Below the pieces are notes generated by a model. It was not told the origin of the DNA. It was given only the letters and a program-made list of their open reading frames with translations, and searched no databases. Shown here piece after piece: positions 10,029 to 17,408 of a stretch of 18,140 bases of DNA (its first letter is position 1; each line of letters starts with the position of its first letter). A program made the translations under genes and the position numbers. Source of the stretch: Coleofasciculus chthonoplastes F2-STO-03 (GTDB lineage Bacteria; Cyanobacteriota; Cyanobacteriia; Cyanobacteriales; Coleofasciculaceae); assembly GCA_040222015.1 (NCBI GenBank), contig JAVJWO010000167.1, forward strand, positions 1 to 18,140, in the 5' to 3' direction.

Positions 10029-10147
10029 GCTAACTATAGAGGCGAATCCAGCGCCTACTACGAACGAACCGCGATCGCGTTTATGAAAGCTGGCTTTATT
10101 ATAGACGGCGCTAACTATAGAGGCGAATCCAGCGCCTACTACGAACG
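10029..10147. repeat. Two identical 38-bp direct repeats separated by a 43-bp spacer
   Basis: GCTAACTATAGAGGCGAATCCAGCGCCTACTACGAACG at 10029-10066 and 10110-10147, with internal hairpin AGGCG-N7-CGCCT. Confidence 0.9.
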
Positions 10148-10159
10148 GCGCACTCACCC

Positions 10160-10199
10160 TATATTCAAAAAGTGAATATATAATTAAATTATGAATATA
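10160..10199. promoter_or_regulatory. Putative PadR operator
   Basis: Perfect inverted repeat TATATTCA-N5-TGAATATA (10160-10180) plus an extra half-site TGAATATA (10192-10199) directly upstream of the PadR start. Confidence 0.55.
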
Positions 10200-10213
10200 A
10201 AAGGAATGACCCG

Positions 10214-10561
10214 ATGGCTACTCGCAACAAAGACGACACGCTGAATCTGACGTTAATTGAAGAGTCGATCCTGAATGCGCTGATGTATCGAGAACGCTAT
10301 GGATTGGAGATTATGAGTGCGATCGCGCAAGCTAGCAATGGTGAACGCACCATTGGCTTCAGTTCTCTTTACCCCACCTTGCGAAAACTGGAAAAGCGGG
10401 GTTTCGTTACCTCTCGCTGGGGTGATGAAGCGCCGGAGGAAACCACAGGCGCACGCCGACGTTATTACAAAATCACAGGTTCTGGCTTGCAAGCCTTGGA
10501 GAAAAAGCAACAATTCCTCACCGCCTTACACCATTTGCAACCTGCACTGGGAGAACTCTAA
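10214..10561 (+). CDS. PadR-family winged-helix transcriptional regulator
   Basis: ERYGLEI, SLYPTLRKLEKRGFV and RRRYYKITGSG motifs; 115 aa; AAGGA ribosome-binding site upstream. Confidence 0.92.
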   Translation: MATRNKDDTLNLTLIEESILNALMYRERYGLEIMSAIAQASNGERTIGFSSLYPTLRKLEKRGFVTSRWGDEAPEETTGARRRYYKITGSGLQALEKKQQFLTALHHLQPALGEL

Positions 10562-10562
10562 T

Positions 10563-11099
10563 ATGATGCACCGAAACCGTCACCGCCGCCGTGTTGTTCC
10601 GCAAATAGTACGTTTGATCTGGCGTAGTGTACAAGCGATCGCTAAAGCGTTGATTTATTTGGCTGTTGAATTTACCGTCTACGTTGCTATTGGTGGAGGA
10701 GCGATCGCACTTTTCTGGCTAGGATTACCCAGCTATGTCGCATTAGGATTAAGTATCGGGTTAGTGATCCTCAGCTTCACCGTGAGTTTTCTGGCTTACC
10801 GACAACATCGCCGGATCACTAGGCGATCGGTCAAAACCGATGCTTCTGCGACTATTAAAGGGGATGTTCAATTAGCTGACTGGATTGCTCAAACCCTTGC
10901 CACAAAAGCACCTCAGGAGTGGGATGAATACCAAGATTGGCTACACGATATTTTACTGGATCGTCGCCAATGCCTAGATCAGGGTGATCCTTATTGGCGG
11001 GTAACGGCTTTAACCTACTGGCGATTAACTGGACTCTGCATTACCGTCAGTTTGATCAAGCTGAGACGACTTGCGATCGCGGCGAGACGAATGCGTTAA
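10563..11099 (+). CDS. Membrane protein of unknown function coupled to PadR (178 aa)
   Basis: ATG at 10563 is 1 nt after the PadR stop, so the ORF-track extension to 10317 is unlikely. Basic N-terminus, 2-3 hydrophobic helices and a C-terminal WDEYQDWLHDI domain. Confidence 0.7.
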   Translation: MMHRNRHRRRVVPQIVRLIWRSVQAIAKALIYLAVEFTVYVAIGGGAIALFWLGLPSYVALGLSIGLVILSFTVSFLAYRQHRRITRRSVKTDASATIKGDVQLADWIAQTLATKAPQEWDEYQDWLHDILLDRRQCLDQGDPYWRVTALTYWRLTGLCITVSLIKLRRLAIAARRMR

Positions 11100-11165
11100 G
11101 AATTTCCCATGATTGCGCCCGTTATGGATGAATGATCCGAAACACCTGTTCCGTAGACAAAGGAC

Positions 11166-11197
11166 AAAAAAAAAGAGAGTCACCTAAGCAACTCTCT
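11166..11197 (-). terminator. Rho-independent terminator
   Basis: GAGAGTTGC/GTGACTCTC stem with G-U pairs, 4-nt loop, followed by 9 T. Confidence 0.8.
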
Positions 11198-11219
11198 AGA
11201 TTATCAGGGTGCATCTACT
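11166..11219 (-). ncRNA. Candidate ~54-nt small RNA, possibly NsiR1-like 5' region
   Basis: Minus strand reads AGTAGATGCACCCTGATAATCT, then stem-loop AGAGAGTTGC-TTAG-GTGACTCTCT and a T run. It sits downstream of a TATAAT box and contains no ORF. Confidence 0.6.
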
Positions 11220-11226
11220 AAGCATA

Positions 11227-11256
11227 ATTATAGCCATTAGGGGTGAGGGGTGTCAC
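11227..11256 (-). promoter_or_regulatory. Sigma70-type promoter for the candidate sRNA
   Basis: Perfect TATAAT (complement of 11227-11232), GTGACA as -35 (11251-11256), 18-bp spacer. Confidence 0.6.
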
Positions 11257-11594
11257 CCCCTATTTGCAAAAAAGATGTTTAGTTTTGTAAAGAAGTGGCA
11301 GCATAACCCGTGATCCGTGACCCCTGTTTGTCCCCCTTGGAATAAAAAAGTGGCAGGTGGTGAACGCCAACGATTTATTAGGATAGGCGGAGACTTAGGG
11401 GCACTAACACCGTGATTTTATCCAACTTAGGGGGTTTGTTGAATCCGTAAGCGTAGATTTACTTAAAACACAGCTTTAATCAGAGAAAATTAAAGGCTAT
11501 GAATCCACAAAACACAGATAACTCAACCGTATTTGATATCCTTTGGACGATGTTTCTGTCAAAATACTATAACAATTCCAGATAAGTCATACTC

Positions 11595-12302
11595 ATGTCC
11601 GCATCTAGCCATAAGAATCAGTCTGCCCCGAATTACACCCAACAGTTACAATACCTCATGCATCAGGTGGATGTGTCCAGTTTTCGCCAACTGAGTCGCG
11701 TCAGTGGTGTGTCTGAACGACAAATGAAACGTCTGCGACAAGGACAAGTATCGCAAATGCGGGTAGAGACGCTGCTGAAATTATCGCAGGTATTGCAAAT
11801 ATCGGTCGATCAATTGCTCACCTTATTTTCACCCGAATCAATCTCTCCGATGACGCCGTCGCGCGATCGCACTTCATTCACTCCGGAGATTCCCGCACCA
11901 GAAAGCCTCGATAACCTCAAGCAGGAATACCAACGACTACAACAGCAATTCGCCGAACAACGCGAAATCCTGCTACAGGAATTTCAGCAATCGAGTGTGC
12001 AGGTATTAGAATCATGGTTATTACAGTGGCCCACAGCCGCTTATGCCGTAACTCAGAATAACCAGTTACCCGCCATCCGATTATTGCCCCTAATCAAGCC
12101 AGTGGAACAGCTTCTGCAACAATGGGGCATAGAAGCGATCGCTTCAGTTGGTGATGAATTGACTTATGATCCCCAATGGCACCAATTAATGTCGGGAACC
12201 GTTCAACCCGGAGAGCTGGTGCGAGTTCGTTATGTTGGCTATCGGCAAGGTGATAAATTATTGTATCGGGCTAAAGTGAGTCCGGTGAATAATCAAGGAT
12301 AA
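11595..12302 (+). CDS. XRE-type HTH protein with coiled coil and C-terminal GrpE-like beta domain
   Basis: N-terminal FRQLSRVSGVSERQMKRLRQG...LLKLSQVLQISVDQL; C-terminal YDPQWHQ...VRVRYVGY...LLYRAKV resembles the GrpE head domain. Confidence 0.75.
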   Translation: MSASSHKNQSAPNYTQQLQYLMHQVDVSSFRQLSRVSGVSERQMKRLRQGQVSQMRVETLLKLSQVLQISVDQLLTLFSPESISPMTPSRDRTSFTPEIPAPESLDNLKQEYQRLQQQFAEQREILLQEFQQSSVQVLESWLLQWPTAAYAVTQNNQLPAIRLLPLIKPVEQLLQQWGIEAIASVGDELTYDPQWHQLMSGTVQPGELVRVRYVGYRQGDKLLYRAKVSPVNNQG

Positions 12303-12406
12303 AATATTTTTTTTTAGCCATTTAAATGCCGAACAGTTTATGGATAATAATTATATGATTCGAGTTCTTTAATCTTGTTTCATTGACTCTACCTTAAATT
12401 TAAGGT

Positions 12407-12473
12407 CACTGGAAAGCGTGCATTTTTGGCTCGTCGAAACTCTTGATATAGCGTAGGGTGGGCAATGCCCACC
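12407..12473 (-). repeat. Degenerate copy of the internal part of the MITE at 17090-17297
   Basis: 55/67 ungapped identity by manual alignment to the reverse complement of 17150-17216, including GTAGGGTGGGCA(A/T)TGCCCACC. Confidence 0.75.
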
Positions 12474-12789
12474 AACTCGGCGGGAACTGCCTCGACATTC
12501 AGATATTTTTTGAGAGTTACCTCAATTATCCTGAATTCATTCCGTCCTGAATTTAACTCAACCGGAAACCGTAGAGACGCATTCGCGATCGCTTTACCCA
12601 AAATTTGGCAGCAATTTGACGATACAGACCTAACAGGCTACGTCTGGAACATCCCATTCCCGTACTCCCCGCCCCCCTGCACCGCCACTTTTTTACATGA
12701 CGCTTCAACCATTGGTCAACAAGCCCTATAATTAGTGTTCCTTTCCTAATCCATCCAGTTTAACTACTAGATGTAGTGTAGTTTGGCGT

Positions 12790-15700
12790 ATGAACCCCTT
12801 AATCTCTAATCCCGTGAATTATCTGCAAGAATGGAACAATAGCTGTATCGATGACCAACTCACGCGCCTAAACGTTATCCCTTTAACTGGCACTTGCCCA
12901 TCGAACTATTTATTCTACGCGGATACATTACCACGACGGAATGATGGTCGGGTCAGTCACCGCATCCTCAAGCGCTACGAACATACGGAACAAGGAGGAT
13001 GGTGGTGTTCCGGAATTGACGTACTCACGGGTAATGATGACCTTTGGGGTTGTTTCAAGCCCAGTTCTCCTCGCTGCAATACTCAGACGGGCAAACTGAT
13101 TAAATACGAACATCCGCCCCTAGCCCCCACAGGGGTTTTTGCCCTGCGTGTTCCCCTACATTTGTGGCAGGATATTGCTAATCGCTATAACCTGACGCTT
13201 CCATTTGATGTAGAGACGCGCCATGGCGCGTCTGGGGGCGGGTTTAATCACGTCATCGACAATCGTGAAGCCCTCCCCGACACATCGGTCAGGGCGGGTT
13301 TTGTAGAAACGTTATCATCAATCGCCCCAAGTCAGTCCCTAAACCCGCCCCTACAAACCATGCCCTCGAAGGTGGTGAAGGGTCAACATTCGGTCAGGGC
13401 GGGTTTTGTAGAAACGTTATCATCAATCGCCCAAGGCGAGTCCCTAAACCCGCCCCTACAAACCATGCCCTCGAAGGTGGTGAAGGGTCAACATTCGGTC
13501 AGGGCGGGTTTTGAGGAAACGTTATCATCAATCGCCCAAGGCGAGTCCCTAAACCCGCCCCTACAAACTCAAAATGTCTCCGGCGAATTTTGGCAGTGGT
13601 TGATTGCCCACCCAGAAATTCCGTTGTGTATTACTGAGGGCGCAAAGAAAGCGGGGACTTTACTCACCGCAGGCTATGCGGCAATTGCCCTCCCTGGTGT
13701 ATTCGGAGGCTATCGTGTGCCTAGAGATGAACAGGGAAATCGTATCGGCAAGTCTCGCCTCATCCCCCAGTTACTCAAATTAGCAACACCGGGGAGAACA
13801 ATTTATATTGCCTTTGACCAAGACACTAAACCCAGTACCATCAAAGCTGTTAATGCCGCTATTCGTCAGTTGGGATATTTATTAACCCAAAAGGGATGTT
13901 CTGTCAAGGTCATTAGTTGGCATCCAGACCAAGGAAAAGGGGTGGATGATTTAATTGCCAACCATACTCAAACAGCATTTGACGAAGCCTATCAAACGGC
14001 TGTCCCCTTAGATACCTGGAAAGCCCAATCCTTAACCGGGCTGACGTATCCGCCCACGATACAGATAAATCGTCGCTATTTAGGGGAATTATCGATTCCT
14101 GAGGATGCCAAGTTGATTGGAATTAAATCCCCCAAAGGGACAGGGAAAACTCAGTGGTTAGAAACAATTGTCAAAGAGGCGATTAAGCAGCAGAAATGGG
14201 TTTTGGTGATTGGTCATCGGGTGCGACTCGTGGAGGCGTTATGTCAGCGCTTTGGCTTGAACTATGTCACTCAGATACAGGATACAGAAACGGGTGCTAG
14301 GTTAGGCTATGGTCTCTGCGTTGACTCTCTCCATCCTACCTCTCAGGCTGGTTTTGAGGCAGTGAATTGGTCAGATGGAGTGGTAATTATTGATGAAGTG
14401 GAACAGGTTCTTTGGCATGGGTTGGATTCGGATACTTGCAGTAGTAACCGAGTGGCGATTCTGAAATCTCTGAAGACATTGATGCAGAATGTTTTGGGAG
14501 ATGAGGGACAAGTTTATGTGGCGGATGCGGATTTGAGTGATGTTTCTATCGATTACTTGATTTCTTTATCAGGGGTTCGCCAACATCCTTATATTATTCA
14601 CAACACTTGGAAACCCAGCGAGGCTGAATCCTGGCGAGTCAACTATTATCCAGAACGTAAGCCAGAACGCCTGATTCAGGATTTGGAACGACACATTGCC
14701 GTCGGTGGGAAACCCTTTGTTTGCCTTTCCGCCCAGAAACGGGGGAGTCAGTGGGGAACCTGTACGTTGGAAGCTTATCTGCGTTCTCGATTTCCTGAGG
14801 CGAAGATTCTCCGCATTGATTCAGAATCTCTGACTGAACCGACTCATCCGGCGTATGGCTGTATGCGTGATTTGGATGGGGTGTTGAGTCAGTATGATAT
14901 TGTTCTGGCAAGTCCGGTGATTGAAACGGGTGTCAGTATTGAGTTGCAGGGACATTTCACATCGGTTTGGGGGATTGCAATTGGGGTACAAAGTGAAAAC
15001 TCGGTGCGTCAGGCGTTGGGGCGAGTGCGGCAAAATTTGCCTCGGTTTCTGTGGGTAGCGCCTTGTGGGTTTAATCGGGTGGGAAATGGTTCTACGTCGA
15101 TTCCCGCATTGCTGACATCGGGACGCCGTTTGACTCAGGTTAATATTCGATTATTACAACAATCCGATTTTGATGCCCTGGATGATATTGAGACGAGTTT
15201 TCAAGCGGAATCGCTGTTGTGTTGGGCAAGAATGGCGGTAAGGCATAATGCGTCGATGTTTCAGTATCGGGAATCGGTACTGGCGGCGCTGCGCGGGGAA
15301 GGGCATCAGGTGGTTGAGGCTGAGGAGATGGGGGGAGGGGGTAGTGTGTGCTCTGTTTCCCAGACACAGGGAAAGATTGAACCCGATTCGCTGACGGCTG
15401 CGATCGCGGCGGTGAAAGACCAAAATTATCAGGCAGAATGTTTAGCGATCGCGCGGGCTAAAAATCTGAGTGATCATCAATATAATACTGGGCAAAAACG
15501 ATTAGTGAAAACCCTTGCCCAACGACGGGCGATTCGCAAATATGAGTTAAAGCAGCGTTATCGGATTCCGGTTACTGCCCAACTGGTGGCTAAGGATGAT
15601 GATGGGTGGTATCAAAAGCTATTACTCCACTATTTTCTCACCTTAGGGCGAGATCATTTAGCGCAACGGGATGTCGCGATCGCACGTCGATTGATTGAGT

Positions 15701-16197
15701 TAGGCGGTGGGAGTATTTTCTTACCCGATTTTAATCGTTCCCAATTGGGGGCGGCGGTAGGAACAATGGAACTTTTGGGGGTTCCAGTTTTGTTAACGGA
15801 TAGGGGGCGTGAATTAAGAGGAACGGATGAAGATTTGCAGGCGATGGCGCGATTGGCATTATCGAATCGGGCGTCAATTAGAACCACGTTGGGGATGGGA
15901 TTGGCGCGAAATGCCACACCGATTCGGATTGTCCGGCGTTTGTTGGATAAAATTGGCTATGGACTTCAATGTATTGGTCGTGAAAGTAAACGTTTAAATC
16001 GCGTGCGTGTCTATCAGGTGGTTCATCCCTCGGATGGGCGGTTTGAGGTATTTCAGCAATGGTTAGCGCAAAGTTGTGAGGTGTTAGAGAAGTCTCATCA
16101 ACGACTTGATGCTTGTTCAAGAGAGGCAAAAAATAAAGCTGATGTTGATGCAGGGGTTGACTATGTGCAGCTTTGTCTTAATTTGTCGGATTGTTGA
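12790..16197 (+). CDS. CyRepA1-family replication protein (DUF3854 TOPRIM-like domain plus SF2-like helicase/origin-binding domain)
   Basis: IKYEHPP, ITEGAKKA, IAFDQD, KGVDD, Walker A SPKGTGKT, IIDEVEQ, SPVIETGVSI and QALGRVR motifs. Confidence 0.85.
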   Translation: MNPLISNPVNYLQEWNNSCIDDQLTRLNVIPLTGTCPSNYLFYADTLPRRNDGRVSHRILKRYEHTEQGGWWCSGIDVLTGNDDLWGCFKPSSPRCNTQTGKLIKYEHPPLAPTGVFALRVPLHLWQDIANRYNLTLPFDVETRHGASGGGFNHVIDNREALPDTSVRAGFVETLSSIAPSQSLNPPLQTMPSKVVKGQHSVRAGFVETLSSIAQGESLNPPLQTMPSKVVKGQHSVRAGFEETLSSIAQGESLNPPLQTQNVSGEFWQWLIAHPEIPLCITEGAKKAGTLLTAGYAAIALPGVFGGYRVPRDEQGNRIGKSRLIPQLLKLATPGRTIYIAFDQDTKPSTIKAVNAAIRQLGYLLTQKGCSVKVISWHPDQGKGVDDLIANHTQTAFDEAYQTAVPLDTWKAQSLTGLTYPPTIQINRRYLGELSIPEDAKLIGIKSPKGTGKTQWLETIVKEAIKQQKWVLVIGHRVRLVEALCQRFGLNYVTQIQDTETGARLGYGLCVDSLHPTSQAGFEAVNWSDGVVIIDEVEQVLWHGLDSDTCSSNRVAILKSLKTLMQNVLGDEGQVYVADADLSDVSIDYLISLSGVRQHPYIIHNTWKPSEAESWRVNYYPERKPERLIQDLERHIAVGGKPFVCLSAQKRGSQWGTCTLEAYLRSRFPEAKILRIDSESLTEPTHPAYGCMRDLDGVLSQYDIVLASPVIETGVSIELQGHFTSVWGIAIGVQSENSVRQALGRVRQNLPRFLWVAPCGFNRVGNGSTSIPALLTSGRRLTQVNIRLLQQSDFDALDDIETSFQAESLLCWARMAVRHNASMFQYRESVLAALRGEGHQVVEAEEMGGGGSVCSVSQTQGKIEPDSLTAAIAAVKDQNYQAECLAIARAKNLSDHQYNTGQKRLVKTLAQRRAIRKYELKQRYRIPVTAQLVAKDDDGWYQKLLLHYFLTLGRDHLAQRDVAIARRLIELGGGSIFLPDFNRSQLGAAVGTMELLGVPVLLTDRGRELRGTDEDLQAMARLALSNRASIRTTLGMGLARNATPIRIVRRLLDKIGYGLQCIGRESKRLNRVRVYQVVHPSDGRFEVFQQWLAQSCEVLEKSHQRLDACSREAKNKADVDAGVDYVQLCLNLSDC
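13205..13568 (+). repeat. In-frame REP-derived insertion: palindrome copy plus 2.7 tandem 105-bp (35-aa) units
   Basis: 13205-13233 is identical to 3996-4024. AGGGCGGGTTTT starts at 13291, 13396 and 13501, each closed by AAACCCGCCCCTAC. Confidence 0.92.
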
Positions 16198-16203
16198 TTT
16201 TTA

Positions 16204-16287
16204 TTAGTCATTAGTCATTAGTCATTTGTCATTAGTCATTAGTCATTTGTCATTAGTCATTTGTCATTTGTCATTAGTCATTTGTCA
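16204..16287 (+). repeat. STRR2-like heptamer tandem repeat TT(A/T)GTCA x12
   Basis: 12 consecutive 7-mers directly after the CyRepA1 stop. Confidence 0.93.
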
Positions 16288-16381
16288 TTCTGAATGGAGC
16301 GACAGCGGAATGAAGAATCTCATTAGTGCAGCAGGGGAGAAATAACTAACCCGCGAAAATCTCGCCTGCTTGCAGGTAGTC

Positions 16382-16484
16382 AGGGCGGGTTTAGTTACTT
16401 ATGGGTGATGTCAGAAATGATAGTAGTAAAACCCGCCCCTACAGATTCAAAATAGAATAGAGACGTATTAGGCTACGTCTCTAC
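16382..16484. repeat. Two REP-like hairpins
   Basis: AGGGCGGGTTT...AAACCCGCCCCTAC (16382-16442) and TAGAGACGTA-N6-TACGTCTCTA (16458-16483). Confidence 0.8.
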
Positions 16485-16490
16485 ACTGTT

Positions 16491-16808
16491 TCACGCTTGA
16501 GCCGACTGATATAATAAAGGATCTAACTTTCCCTGACTATCTAAACTGTAGATATCATCACAGCCACCAATATGCTGGTTGTTGATGAAAATCTGGGGGA
16601 CAGTTCGCCGCCCGTTTGCTCGTTCTGCCATTTTGATTCTGGCACTTCCATCGCCGTCGATTTTATATTCTGTGAAGTTAACGCCTTTCCACCCCAGCAA
16701 TATCTTGGCACGAATACAAAAGGGGCAAGTTTGCCAGGTGTAGATTTCCACGTTAGCGTTGATGCGTTCGGGATGACGTCCGAGGAGGGAGTTGATAGAC
16801 TTGAACAT
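16491..16808 (-). CDS. grxC: Glutaredoxin 3
   Basis: CPFC active site, TVPQIFI and IGGCDD motifs. Confidence 0.93.
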   Translation of the reverse strand: MFKSINSLLGRHPERINANVEIYTWQTCPFCIRAKILLGWKGVNFTEYKIDGDGSARIKMAERANGRRTVPQIFINNQHIGGCDDIYSLDSQGKLDPLLYQSAQA

Positions 16809-17089
16809 TTTGTCACTATTTTAACTGTTTCTATTTTCTATTCTAAGATATTAAGGTGTATTAAGCCAATCCTTGTCCTCTATCATTTGTTACCGCTAGT
16901 GCTAGCGTATTTTGGAATTTTTAAAGAAGAATATTACATTAATTTATGGAACAAATCAACATTATTTTTGCTGGATTACGCACTGAGGATATCAGATTCT
17001 CTTAAATTTTTCGGGGGTTAAGTTGTGTAAGCTGAATTTATAGAAAAAGCCCCCTCGACTCAATCCACCCGAAAGCCAAGCGTCTCCAA

Positions 17090-17297
17090 GGGAGCATCCC
17101 AATTTTGCACGTTAACTGTTGTGAAGAGAATGTTACTGACTGGTAGGCTGGTGGGCAATGCCCACCCTACGGTATATCAAAGGTTTTGGCGATCTCACAA
17201 TGCACACTTTTCAGTGCCATTCGTTTTAAAGAGGCTGAAACCCTTGCCGTGCCGTTACTTGGGGGAATGCTTGCTTTTTGCCAAACGGGATGCTCTC
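17090..17297. mobile_element. Non-autonomous MITE (208 bp) with terminal inverted repeats and 8-bp target-site duplication
   Basis: Ends GGGAGCATCCC (17090-17100) and GGGATGCTCTC (17287-17297); flanking direct repeat GTCTCCAA at 17082-17089 and 17298-17305. Confidence 0.8.
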
Positions 17298-17408
17298 GTC
17301 TCCAAATCATTGCAGATCGATAAATTTTGTGAACTTATTCATCCAAGAATAGACAATTAGGGACACTGTGTAGTATGTATAAACGTAGCACAAACGGGTG
17401 ATCTACCA

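Noticed and set aside
10029..10147. Call as a bona fide CRISPR array
   Set aside because: Only two repeats, no cas genes in the window and REP-like character; kept as a repeat and a finding.
10317..10562. N-terminal 82-aa extension of the membrane ORF
   Set aside because: Overlaps PadR out of frame; ATG at 10563 gives normal translational coupling.
7200..11220. Integrative element inserted at the sRNA 3' end
   Set aside because: No integrase and no duplicated sRNA end seen near 7200-7290.
12389..12731. ORFs 12389-12601 and 12465-12731, and similarly 17121-17360
   Set aside because: Translations of repeat or MITE sequence (shared AHPT peptide from the palindrome).
13285..13568. CRISPR array or intein inside CyRepA1
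   Set aside because: Units are near-identical over their full length (no unique spacers), and there are no intein-like N-terminal Cys/Ser block or C-terminal His-Asn motifs.
16541..17021. ORFs overlapping grxC (16541-16816, 16572-17021)
   Set aside because: Alternate-frame and antisense shadows of glutaredoxin.
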